From Candidatus Omnitrophota bacterium (GTDB lineage: Bacteria > Omnitrophota > Gorgyraeia > Gygaellales > Profunditerraquicolaceae): a stretch of 64,000 bases of DNA. The notes under the pieces were generated by a model. The model was not told the DNA's origin. It saw only the letters and a list, made by a program, of their open reading frames with translations, and ran no database searches. The stretch spans positions 39,281 through 103,280 of the forward strand of contig JBAZLB010000004.1 in the NCBI GenBank assembly GCA_041650495.1, given 5' to 3'. Below, piece after piece: positions 27,069 to 35,073 of the stretch. Within the stretch, counting starts at the first letter, position 1, and each line of letters starts with the position of its first letter. The position numbers and the translations under genes are program-made.

Positions 27069-28121
27069 TTAATAGGCTTCTATTTCAGTAATCTTGCCTC
27101 TGTCCCTATAAATCCGTACCAGCTCAAGATATGGCCGAGGATCTTCCGGGCCACTCTCTATAGCTTTCTGCAGTGGCTCCTCCGCAGGAAAATATCTGCC
27201 TTGGTCGATATAGCATCTCCCCAATAGAAAATATGCCATATCATTTTTCGGATTCAACACAAGAGCCCTTTTAAGGGCATCCTCCGCTTCACGGTATCGA
27301 CCCTGGGAATGATAAAGTTGAGCTAACTCAATATATATTACATCGTAACCCGGCCTCAGTATTAGAGCTTTTTGCAGCAGCCTTTCATATTGGATATAGT
27401 CTCCTAGGTCGCGATATCCCCGCCCTAAACCAATATATTCTTCTGCCTGCTCTTTGTTGACATCTTGTGCGCCGCGCATAGAATCTCCATAACTAAAATA
27501 ATTGCCGCGCTTAATATAACTCTTACGTGGATCACTGAGGCCGGAAATGGGCGGAAACCCGTTTATCTCTTGCACGCTGGGGATCCGACAAGCCAGTTTT
27601 TTCGCCATAACATGCTCCCTCAACAGTATCAATAATTTATAGACCTTCAAAGACTGCAGATAAGAAATTATTTTATCTTCCGATGTTCGTTGGTTCACAA
27701 TATGCCTGGACCTATCGTTGATACCAAGCATCGCCACCACTATATCTGGTTTATACTTCGCAATGTTTTCTTCTAAATGCAAAGCTACATATGAAGTATC
27801 AATATCAGGAATGCCTTTATTAATTACACTAAATCTTAATCCTTTATTATTTTGATTTAATACAACTTCGAGTTGACTGGGGTAGCAACTTTCGCCGCCT
27901 ATCGCATACGCAGTCGTCGATTCCCCAACGCACATAATGCGATATGAGCTTTTCTGCTGCAGAGAAATCCTGTTTCTTCCTTCCTGTAAAGATGAAAATA
28001 TAAAACCTGCTAAACGCATCCCGGCCTCCAGAAAGACAACGCCAAGGCATATCCCTGCGATAATAAGTGCTGTCTTCTGGCAGAGAGATATAGCGGACGT
28101 ATGAGTATTATTACAGCGCAT
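27069..28121 (-). CDS. N-terminal part of a split SGNH-TPR protein (TM anchor, SGNH blocks I-III, TPR repeats)
   Basis: TM helix. Block I is IMCVGESTTAY, block III is VAMLGINDRS, followed by TPR repeats (YIGLGRGYRDLGDYIQYERLLQKALILRP...). It stops at 27069-27071, whereas the downstream TPR/SGNH-block-V ORF is open in another frame from about 27072. This suggests a frameshift (true pseudogene, sequencing error or recoding). Confidence 0.5.
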   Translation of the reverse strand: MRCNNTHTSAISLCQKTALIIAGICLGVVFLEAGMRLAGFIFSSLQEGRNRISLQQKSSYRIMCVGESTTAYAIGGESCYPSQLEVVLNQNNKGLRFSVINKGIPDIDTSYVALHLEENIAKYKPDIVVAMLGINDRSRHIVNQRTSEDKIISYLQSLKVYKLLILLREHVMAKKLACRIPSVQEINGFPPISGLSDPRKSYIKRGNYFSYGDSMRGAQDVNKEQAEEYIGLGRGYRDLGDYIQYERLLQKALILRPGYDVIYIELAQLYHSQGRYREAEDALKRALVLNPKNDMAYFLLGRCYIDQGRYFPAEEPLQKAIESGPEDPRPYLELVRIYRDRGKITEIEAY

Positions 28122-28277
28122 TGATCGCTCGATATGACAGGTCAGCCATTTGTACCACTAACAAGGCGAGAGAGATTTTCTCTTTTGTAAAGCCGATCTT
28201 ATACAGCCGAGGTCGAATAAAATTTTTGGGATTGTTGCTGTTCGGAAGAATAATGTGTAACCCCATGAAAATATATC

Positions 28278-29100
28278 CTAGCAGGCAATAAAAGGTAAGT
28301 GGAGCAATATGCTGAATAATGATTCGTTCTTAATAATCGTTCGATAGCGGTTTTTTATTAAATCAGCGTACAATTCATTGCTAAGATATCTGCGTGCATA
28401 CGTTTTATTGATGCCCGACGCCGTCCGGACGCTGGCACCACGCATATGGTACGCCACAGCATCAGGTATATAATAAGCCTTCCAGCCCATATTGTAAGCC
28501 CGCCAAGCGATATCTAAATCCTAATAAAAGAATCGAAAGTCACTATCAAAATATTCAACCCCCATTTTGAGGTCTTCCAGCATCGCTCTACGATAAAAAG
28601 CAACTGCTCCGCTTACTCCGAATATATACCCTGCGCGATTGTAAAGTTGCCCTTTTTTAGTGCCGTAGCCCCTTTCCCGGACTGAACGATACAGATTCAA
28701 CGATAATCCGGTACTATCTAACGTTATCCCGTCAAAACGAAAGACTTTGCCATCCACCATGCCAATCTTTGAGCTAACAGTAAAACCAATAATTGCTTTT
28801 TCAATAAATTTTTCATCTAAAATGACATCGTCATTAAGACAAAGAATAAAGTCCCCGTTACTCTGGCTGATTCCACAATTTAACCCTACGCAGTAGGATT
28901 TTTTCTCGGCATCCGTATACACAGTAACTTCCGGATAATGACGGTGTATGCTTTGGCTGACCTCGGGGTTACATGCATTATCAACAACGATGATTTCGTG
29001 AAAAGAGTGTGTCTGGACACATAATGAGTCTCAACATGATTCCCAGCAACGAAATGCTCCGGAGGTAACAACAATACTTACTTTCCTGTTTGAGCCTTCC
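28278..29100 (-). pseudogene. Disrupted GT2-family glycosyltransferase (three or more frame fragments)
   Basis: Three consecutive minus-strand ORF fragments in different frames. The 5-prime piece starts MTQEGSNRKVSIVVTS..., the middle piece has LNCGISQSNGDFILCLNDDVILD (DxD region), and the 3-prime piece has GWKAYYIPDAVAYHMRGAS (GT2 C-terminal motif). Confidence 0.6.
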
Positions 29101-29666
29101 TGTGTCATAGACTATAAATCTTACGATTATGTTTATTGTAGAAATGTACGCAGGCTGATCTCACTTGAAGAATCGCCTCTTCCATAAGCCCTCTGCGGCT
29201 ACCCCCGGTTTAACATATGGATATCGCTATTATCAGTAATATGCAAAAACCATGCGCTGAGAAACGTTTATGCGTTTCCGCCCCCTTCAGGATATAATCT
29301 GCCGGGAGTTGATGCTTCAGAACAAGATAAAATAAGCAGCAATATTTCAACGGGCTTACGATTATTTTACCACCAAAAACTGCATTATTAAATTAAAAAC
29401 TTTACTGAAAAGACGAGGGCACGGGAAAAATCAGAGGATTTTTACCGGAAGGGCTCAAACCGGTCCGAACTGATGAGAGGGATTATAACTACTTGCAATT
29501 ACACAAGATACATCGCTTTAAAATGAGATTGACAATAAAGAGAAAATTTTGCAGCGATCACGAAACAGGATTGTCCGTCTTGTCAGTATTTTTCTTTCTA
29601 AAATCACGTAGCTCTTTAATATGTAAACAGTAACACATTGTCTACCGCAAAAAACGGACATTTAAC

Positions 29667-30938
29667 TCATTTACTCCAAATCAACCAAACAAACAAAGAA
29701 GCAGTTATAACGGCAACAAGGGTAAACGGCAAGCCTATCTTAAGAAACTGGTTGAATTTAACAATATGCCCTTCTTTTTTTAAAATACCGCATGCGACTA
29801 TATTGGCTGAAGCGCCAATCGGCGTTATATTTCCCCCTACGCTTGCGCCGATAAGAAGACCAAATAATAAAAGCGAAGGATTAATCGCCAACCGGCTAGA
29901 CATGGAAAGAGCTACCGGGAGCATCGCGGCGAGAAAGGGGACATTGTCTATAAAGGCAGAAAAAAGAACAGCAAAAAAAACAAACATGACATAGCCGAGT
30001 AATAGGTTTATCCCCACTAAACCAGACAAAAACTTTGAAAAATAACTAACCCAGCCATTAACAGTAAGCGCCCCCACAATAACAAATACTCCCACCAAAA
30101 ACAAACTCGTATCCCAATCTAATGATCTGATACTTTTTAATATAAATCCCCGTTTGAAAAACTTCTCGTAGGATAACGATGCTATCCCAAATAGCATACA
30201 AATCAATCCCCCCATATAACTGAATCCGGTATCAAAAAAAGATGAAATTGCCAAAGAAAAAATCATAAGAAGTAAAATAAACGTAGGGACCCATGATTTC
30301 ACCTGCTCTGTTTTAAGCAGCTGCGTTCTTTCCTTGTGGCGCCTAAATATAAAATACAACACAACAAAAGATGCTATCGCGCCTAATTCAACGGCAAAAA
30401 AGATACTTGGTCTTCCCCTATAGACAAAAAAATCCATAAAATTCATTTTGGCAAAACCACCCAGAAGCATACTTGGGGGGTCCCCGATCAACGTAGCCGC
30501 ACCCTGAAGATTGCTCGAAATAGCAACCCCGATCATTATATTCATAGGATTGATCTTTAGCTTATGAGATAAAGTAAGCGCAATAGGAGCAACGATTAAA
30601 ACTGTCGCCACATTTTCTACAAAAGCAGAAATAAAACTAGTGAGCACGCATATAGCTACCATAGCCCAGGCGGTATTTCTTGCACGGTTAACAATTATTT
30701 CTGCAATATACGCCGGTACTCTGCTTTCCATAAAAGTATCCGCAACAACCAATGTGCCAATAAATATCCCCATGACGTTCCAATTAATCGCCCCCAAGGC
30801 TTCTTGGAAAGTAACGGCCGTGGTTACCACAAGTAGGATACTTGCCCCAAAAGCAACAAAAGACCTTCGGGCAGGGAATACCACAAATAAAATGTAAGCT
30901 GTCAGGAAGACTGCTAATGTAAGGATACTTTTATCCAT
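29667..30938 (-). CDS. ArsB/NhaD-superfamily anion permease (CitMHS/ArsB-like transporter)
   Basis: 423 aa with about 11-12 TM helices. Internal motifs ISSNLQGAATLIGDPPSMLLGG and GASVGGNITPIGASANIV are typical of the ArsB/NhaD permease fold. Confidence 0.6.
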   Translation of the reverse strand: MDKSILTLAVFLTAYILFVVFPARRSFVAFGASILLVVTTAVTFQEALGAINWNVMGIFIGTLVVADTFMESRVPAYIAEIIVNRARNTAWAMVAICVLTSFISAFVENVATVLIVAPIALTLSHKLKINPMNIMIGVAISSNLQGAATLIGDPPSMLLGGFAKMNFMDFFVYRGRPSIFFAVELGAIASFVVLYFIFRRHKERTQLLKTEQVKSWVPTFILLLMIFSLAISSFFDTGFSYMGGLICMLFGIASLSYEKFFKRGFILKSIRSLDWDTSLFLVGVFVIVGALTVNGWVSYFSKFLSGLVGINLLLGYVMFVFFAVLFSAFIDNVPFLAAMLPVALSMSSRLAINPSLLLFGLLIGASVGGNITPIGASANIVACGILKKEGHIVKFNQFLKIGLPFTLVAVITASLFVWLIWSK

Positions 30939-30949
30939 AATACTGTCAA

Positions 30950-31096
30950 TTACTGGTTTGTTTCGGAAGGTTTATTTTGCTCTTTCTTATTCTTCTTATC
31001 CTGCATATTACCTTTTACAATTACATACCCAAAAAAGAATACTATAACACCTAAAAACACATACACCGGCCAATCCTGCCATAAGTTTCCAGTCAT
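30950..31096 (-). CDS. Small membrane protein, 48 aa (MTGNLWQDWPVYVFLGVIVFFFGYVIVKGNMQDKKNKKEQNKPSETNQ)
   Basis: Not in the ORF track (<60 aa). Strong RBS (GAGGAGG 8 nt upstream of ATG). One TM helix plus a Lys-rich tail. It sits between rnfA and the permease and ends 12 nt before the permease start. Confidence 0.4.
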   Translation of the reverse strand: MTGNLWQDWPVYVFLGVIVFFFGYVIVKGNMQDKKNKKEQNKPSETNQ

Positions 31097-31131
31097 ACTT
31101 AAAACCTCCTCATTAGTCTAGTCCGCTTGAA

Positions 31132-31740
31132 CTAAAATTTGAAACCATTAAACCCCATAAATGCAAGGCTCATTATAGAAGCAATGATAAATGCCAAAGG
31201 TAAAATCTTGAATGCCTTGGGCGGATTACAAAGCTCAAGCCGCTCCCTAATACCTGACATCAAAAGCATGGCCAGGGTATAGCCTATCCCAACGCATAAT
31301 CCCTGGAATACCGAAAATATGAAGCCCCCGGATACTGTCTTACTGTTTACAAAGAACATATCGACATTGAGAACCGCTACGCCTAATACGGCGCAGTTCG
31401 TAGTAATCAAAACAAGATAAATACCGAAGGCGCGATAAAGAGCGGGGCTCGTCTTTCTTATTATCATTTCCACCAGTTGCACAAAAGCAGCAATGATTAG
31501 GATAAAGACTAAGGTACGCAAATATGTCAATTGAAACGGGATCAAAAGAAACTTGTAGACTAACCACGTTATAGCAGAAGATATTGTGGTTACAAACGTA
31601 ACTGCCATACTCATCGCAAACGCCTGCCTTGTGTCTTTAGATATGGCGACAAAAGGACACAGTCCCAAGAAACGCGACAGAATAACATTGTTAATAAAAA
31701 CTGCTGAAATAAAAATAGTTAAAAGCTGCGCAGAATTCAT
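31132..31740 (-). CDS. rnfA: Rnf/Nqr family membrane subunit, RnfA/RsxA-like
   Basis: 202 aa. FLGLCPFVAISKDT...TNCAVLGVAVLN...SLAFMGFNG closely follows the RnfA/NqrE consensus (FLGLCPF, TNCAVLG, LAFMGF). No other rnf genes are in the window. Confidence 0.8.
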   Translation of the reverse strand: MNSAQLLTIFISAVFINNVILSRFLGLCPFVAISKDTRQAFAMSMAVTFVTTISSAITWLVYKFLLIPFQLTYLRTLVFILIIAAFVQLVEMIIRKTSPALYRAFGIYLVLITTNCAVLGVAVLNVDMFFVNSKTVSGGFIFSVFQGLCVGIGYTLAMLLMSGIRERLELCNPPKAFKILPLAFIIASIMSLAFMGFNGFKF

Positions 31741-31744
31741 TTTC

Positions 31745-31873
31745 TTACTTTTTCATGCCATTTAATCTTGCTTTTTCATTTCTTGCCTTTATATTGTTCC
31801 TAGTAGTAAACAGCAGTGAGAATAAAATCGCAAGAACAATAACCCCTAACTGTTCTAATATGCTCGTTGACAC
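31745..31873 (-). CDS. Small membrane protein, 42 aa, GTG start (VSTSILEQLGVIVLAILFSLLFTTRNNIKARNEKARLNGMKK)
   Basis: AGGAGGGG RBS 5 nt upstream of GTG. One TM helix. The stop lies 4 nt before the rnfA ATG. It is missed by the ATG-only ORF track. The overlapping plus-strand ORF 31755..32048 is rejected. Confidence 0.35.
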   Translation of the reverse strand: MSTSILEQLGVIVLAILFSLLFTTRNNIKARNEKARLNGMKK

Positions 31874-32147
31874 AGGCCCCTCCTATTTTCTAAGTCGATT
31901 TAATGTCTTGGAATCTTTCCCGCCCAGGCCTTTTCTAAATATCCTGCTGAAACAAAATATCAGCATACTCAAAATAAATGTCCACGAGATTATCATGAAT
32001 ATCCATCCGCTTAATTTCAATCCACACCCCCTTCATCGGATATTATGAGTAATCGCAAAAGCCACACACAATATCCCAGTTGAAATACAGACTTCCATTA
32101 TAATAAATATAACCGCCTTCCTTTATCCATGCCTCTCCTTTATTAAT

Positions 32148-32228
32148 AAAAAACCGCCACCTGACTTTAAAAGCCAGATGGCGGCCCGACCATCCAAGTC
32201 CTCCGGAAATATACCCTTCCGGACCCTT
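32148..32228 (-). terminator. Conserved two-hairpin element, copy A; distal hairpin plus U6 is an intrinsic terminator for treT
   Basis: Minus-strand RNA: hairpin UCCGGAA-GGGUAUA-UUCCGGA, then conserved core GAUGGUCGGGCCGCCAUCU, then hairpin CCGCCAUCUG/CAGGUGGCGG (10 bp with 1 G-U) followed by UUUUUUAUU. Confidence 0.7.
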
Positions 32229-32313
32229 GCATTAACAAGAAAACCGCTATGTGATAACTTTTAAACGATTTTCAGCGGTTGGAATTCCAGTTTTTGAAAT
32301 TCCATGCTATGAA

Positions 32314-33528
32314 TTAACAGAGATGAACGATATCTTCAGGATGATATAACGAAAGAAACAATAACATATAATCTCTTAAATGACGCGTAATCAGAAAATT
32401 ATTTTTTATATGCTCCCGACCGTTCTCTCCCAGTTTCTTGGCGTATTCGGGACTACTTAACAGCTGTTTTATGGCAAAACTGGCCCCCTCAACAGAATGG
32501 CACAATAATCCTGAATATTTATGTTTTATTTGCAAAGGGATGCCTCCCACATTTGAAGCAATAACTGGTTTTGCTTTCCATAAGGCCTCTGCTACGGTTA
32601 AACCAAAGCCCTCCCGAAGAGACTTTTGGATAATTACATCCGAAGACCTTTGCAACGCATTAACCTCTATATCATTATGAGGTAATAGTAAAATATGGAT
32701 ACCGGGGTCGTTCTTAGCTTTTTCTCTGACTTCACCGAGGACCTTGAATCCTTCCGGGTCATCCCCTGCGGTGCCGCCAGCCAACACCAGCTGGCAATCA
32801 GTATATTTTTTTACCTGCAGGTATGCTTCAATTACGCCTATCGGATCCTTTAGACGGTCAAAGCGGGATACTTGGGTGATGATCGGCTTATCTTTTTTGA
32901 TATTATATTTTTTCAAGACCGCATCTATTGTTTCCTGAGGCAATTCTTTGTTTTTATCGCTTAAGGGGTCAATGGAAGGAGAAATTAGAAATTGCCTAAT
33001 GGGTAATTTCCGGGAAAAGGCAGGGGCAGAAAACACTGCGGAATCGTATTGAGTGATAAAATCCATAAGAAATCCCCAGACCCTTTCATCAGGATTAGAT
33101 ACGTCAATATGGCAGCGCCAAAGCCATTTGTTAGCGGCTTTCTTTTTTATCAGGGCTATTGGCTGCGGGTCATGGACAAAAACTATATCTCCATAGGTAT
33201 CAACATTATCGATATTCTCCCGGCTTGTCTGCATAAATATCTCAAAATCTCTTTGAGTTATTTCTTCGGCCTTGCCGTGTAAGGCGTTATGAAACTTCTT
33301 TGTCACATCAAAGAACTGCTCTCCGCCTTTTATGACGTCCCATTTCGTATCTACGCCTAATTCCACGAGCAGCGGGACCATACGGTTCAATATCTCGGCA
33401 ACTCCACCACCTACAGGAGTAGAATTTATATGCTGGATAACCTTGCCTTTTAACCGCTCGCCAAGCAATCTTAAATCGTCAATAATAGACTGCCCTACCA
33501 AAGGAATATATTTTTCTATCTCTGTCAT
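32314..33528 (-). CDS. treT: Trehalose synthase (nucleotide-sugar:glucose trehalose glycosyltransferring synthase, GT4)
   Basis: 404 aa. HINSTPVGGGVAEILNRMVPLLVELGVDTKWDVIKGGEQFFDVTKKFHNALHG matches the conserved TreT N-terminal block. The C-terminus has the GT4 E-x7-E region. Confidence 0.7.
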   Translation of the reverse strand: MTEIEKYIPLVGQSIIDDLRLLGERLKGKVIQHINSTPVGGGVAEILNRMVPLLVELGVDTKWDVIKGGEQFFDVTKKFHNALHGKAEEITQRDFEIFMQTSRENIDNVDTYGDIVFVHDPQPIALIKKKAANKWLWRCHIDVSNPDERVWGFLMDFITQYDSAVFSAPAFSRKLPIRQFLISPSIDPLSDKNKELPQETIDAVLKKYNIKKDKPIITQVSRFDRLKDPIGVIEAYLQVKKYTDCQLVLAGGTAGDDPEGFKVLGEVREKAKNDPGIHILLLPHNDIEVNALQRSSDVIIQKSLREGFGLTVAEALWKAKPVIASNVGGIPLQIKHKYSGLLCHSVEGASFAIKQLLSSPEYAKKLGENGREHIKNNFLITRHLRDYMLLFLSLYHPEDIVHLC

Positions 33529-33529
33529 T

Positions 33530-34201
33530 TTATTGCGAAATTCTTCTTTCGATTATTTGGATAATCGTTTTCCTTAAATCCTCTAAAGTGCGCGTATAGG
33601 GGTCAAAGCCGGCAATAGCATCTCCCAATTCTTTATCGCCTAAAGAATTCTCTATCCAAAACGAGAAGTCATTGGTTGGTTTCTCAAGCCTAAGCCGCGC
33701 CTCAAAAATATGAAAATAAATCGAATCTATGGTGATTTTCTTCAGGATATCCGCAAATTCCTTTAAATCATAGGCAGTATAATTTTTCGGCAGAATAAAA
33801 CTGACTGATTTGATAAAATGGAATTCTTCTCCGGGACGCGCGAATTTTAATTTGGCAAATGAGCTGCCGCTTAAATATTCCTCAATAGTTTGCGCGATCT
33901 TGTCCCGCAGGCTGCGTATAGTTGAATATTGCATAGTGTCAATGCTGGCTAATTTTTCTCCGAGCTCATCTTCTCCCAGGATATCCGTTACCCAATATGC
34001 AAAGTCATTCGGGGGTTCGGGAGAAAGATATTGGTGTTGTTGCAAGAATCTATGGGTGTGGTGATAGATGCATGAACCAGGCACTTCCTTAATAAGAGCC
34101 AACAATTGGCCCAAGGTGGCGGCTCGTAATCCAGTCAGCTCTGACAAGTGCAATCTCGTGCAAAACCTAAATGGCTCTTTGGTTCTTATTAATTCTGTCA
34201 T
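33530..34201 (-). CDS. Hypothetical protein with internal duplication, co-clustered with trehalose genes
   Basis: 223 aa. Two ~90-aa repeats: NDFAYWVTDILGEDELGEKLASIDTMQYSTIRSLRDKIAQTIEE and NDFSFWIENSLGDKELGDAIAGFDPYTRTLEDLRKTIIQIIE. Its stop lies 2 nt from the treT start. Confidence 0.5.
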   Translation of the reverse strand: MTELIRTKEPFRFCTRLHLSELTGLRAATLGQLLALIKEVPGSCIYHHTHRFLQQHQYLSPEPPNDFAYWVTDILGEDELGEKLASIDTMQYSTIRSLRDKIAQTIEEYLSGSSFAKLKFARPGEEFHFIKSVSFILPKNYTAYDLKEFADILKKITIDSIYFHIFEARLRLEKPTNDFSFWIENSLGDKELGDAIAGFDPYTRTLEDLRKTIIQIIERRISQ

Positions 34202-34203
34202 AA

Positions 34204-35073
34204 TTAGTTATGTTTTAAGTCCAATATTAAACGTAAAAACCGAGTTACCTCTTCCGGGCCCTTCAGGTAATAGCCCGCCTTGGAGCTACCCGGCTCTCCC
34301 ACAAATACCGTCAGCCCTTTTCTTTTTAATACCTTAAAAGCGTCTTCATCGGTTACATCGTCTCCTATATACACAGGAAAAACCATTTTTTTCCCCAAGG
34401 CGGATTGCTGCCTTGTCAAAAGCCATAAGACAACCTTACCCTTATCCCATTCAACAGGGGGTTTTATCTCATAAACCTTTTTACCGGGATTAACCTTTAT
34501 CTTATCGCGCACTATATAAGGGGTAGTGACTTCGGCAATGATCTTCTCAAACGCAGGCAGATCTTTTTTGGCGACTAAACGATAGTGGATACTTAAGGTT
34601 AATCCTTTGTCCTCAACCAACGCGCCTTTGATGCCTGAAATCTGCTTTTGTATTTCCGCGGCAATATTCCGCATAATTGATTTTAACCGCGGGGAAACCT
34701 GGCTTTCAAATTTCATCTTTGGACCTTCGATTTCCAGGCCGTGGTTACCCGCATAAATAACGCCTTCTATCCCCATAACATTCTTTATGTCCTCCAAAGA
34801 CCTGCCGCTGATAATGCCTAACTTGCAATAATCACTTCTGGACAGCTTCTGCAATAATTCTTTGGTTTCTTTAGAGATAACTGCCTTCTTAGGGTCTTCT
34901 ACAATCGGGGTTAATGTCCCGTCGTAATCCAACAAAAGTAAAATAAAATTACTACATAATTGTTCATTTATTTTACTAAATTTAGTAAACAAATACTCCA
35001 CGCTTAAACCCCGCTCCTGCCTAACTAAACCTTCTTCAATGCTGTTAATTCCGTGATTATGTTGCCCGCCCAA
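34204..35073 (-). CDS. otsB: Trehalose-6-phosphate phosphatase (HAD family)
   Basis: LLLDYDGTLTPIV (HAD motif I DxDGT), K...GDDVTDEDAF (motif III). 289 aa. Confidence 0.8.
   Translation of the reverse strand: MGGQHNHGINSIEEGLVRQERGLSVEYLFTKFSKINEQLCSNFILLLLDYDGTLTPIVEDPKKAVISKETKELLQKLSRSDYCKLGIISGRSLEDIKNVMGIEGVIYAGNHGLEIEGPKMKFESQVSPRLKSIMRNIAAEIQKQISGIKGALVEDKGLTLSIHYRLVAKKDLPAFEKIIAEVTTPYIVRDKIKVNPGKKVYEIKPPVEWDKGKVVLWLLTRQQSALGKKMVFPVYIGDDVTDEDAFKVLKRKGLTVFVGEPGSSKAGYYLKGPEEVTRFLRLILDLKHN

Noticed and set aside
27847-28050. A 67-aa minus-strand ORF nested in another frame inside the SGNH-TPR gene
   Set aside because: It overlaps a longer ORF that carries clear SGNH and TPR motifs. It has no RBS and no features. 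It is a shadow ORF.
29100-29660. A promoter or terminator in the 560-bp noncoding stretch between the GT2 pseudogene and the permease
   Set aside because: TTGACA at 29531 (plus strand) lacks a matching -10 and is on the non-coding strand for this window. A CCG-U6-GCGG mini-hairpin on the minus strand is too weak to call a terminator. The region is left unannotated.
31755-32048. Plus-strand 97-aa ORF in the rnfA-treT intergenic region
   Set aside because: It has no RBS and an odd composition. The same region on the minus strand holds a 42-aa GTG-start ORF with an AGGAGG RBS abutting rnfA. The remainder is probably a noncoding 5-prime region.
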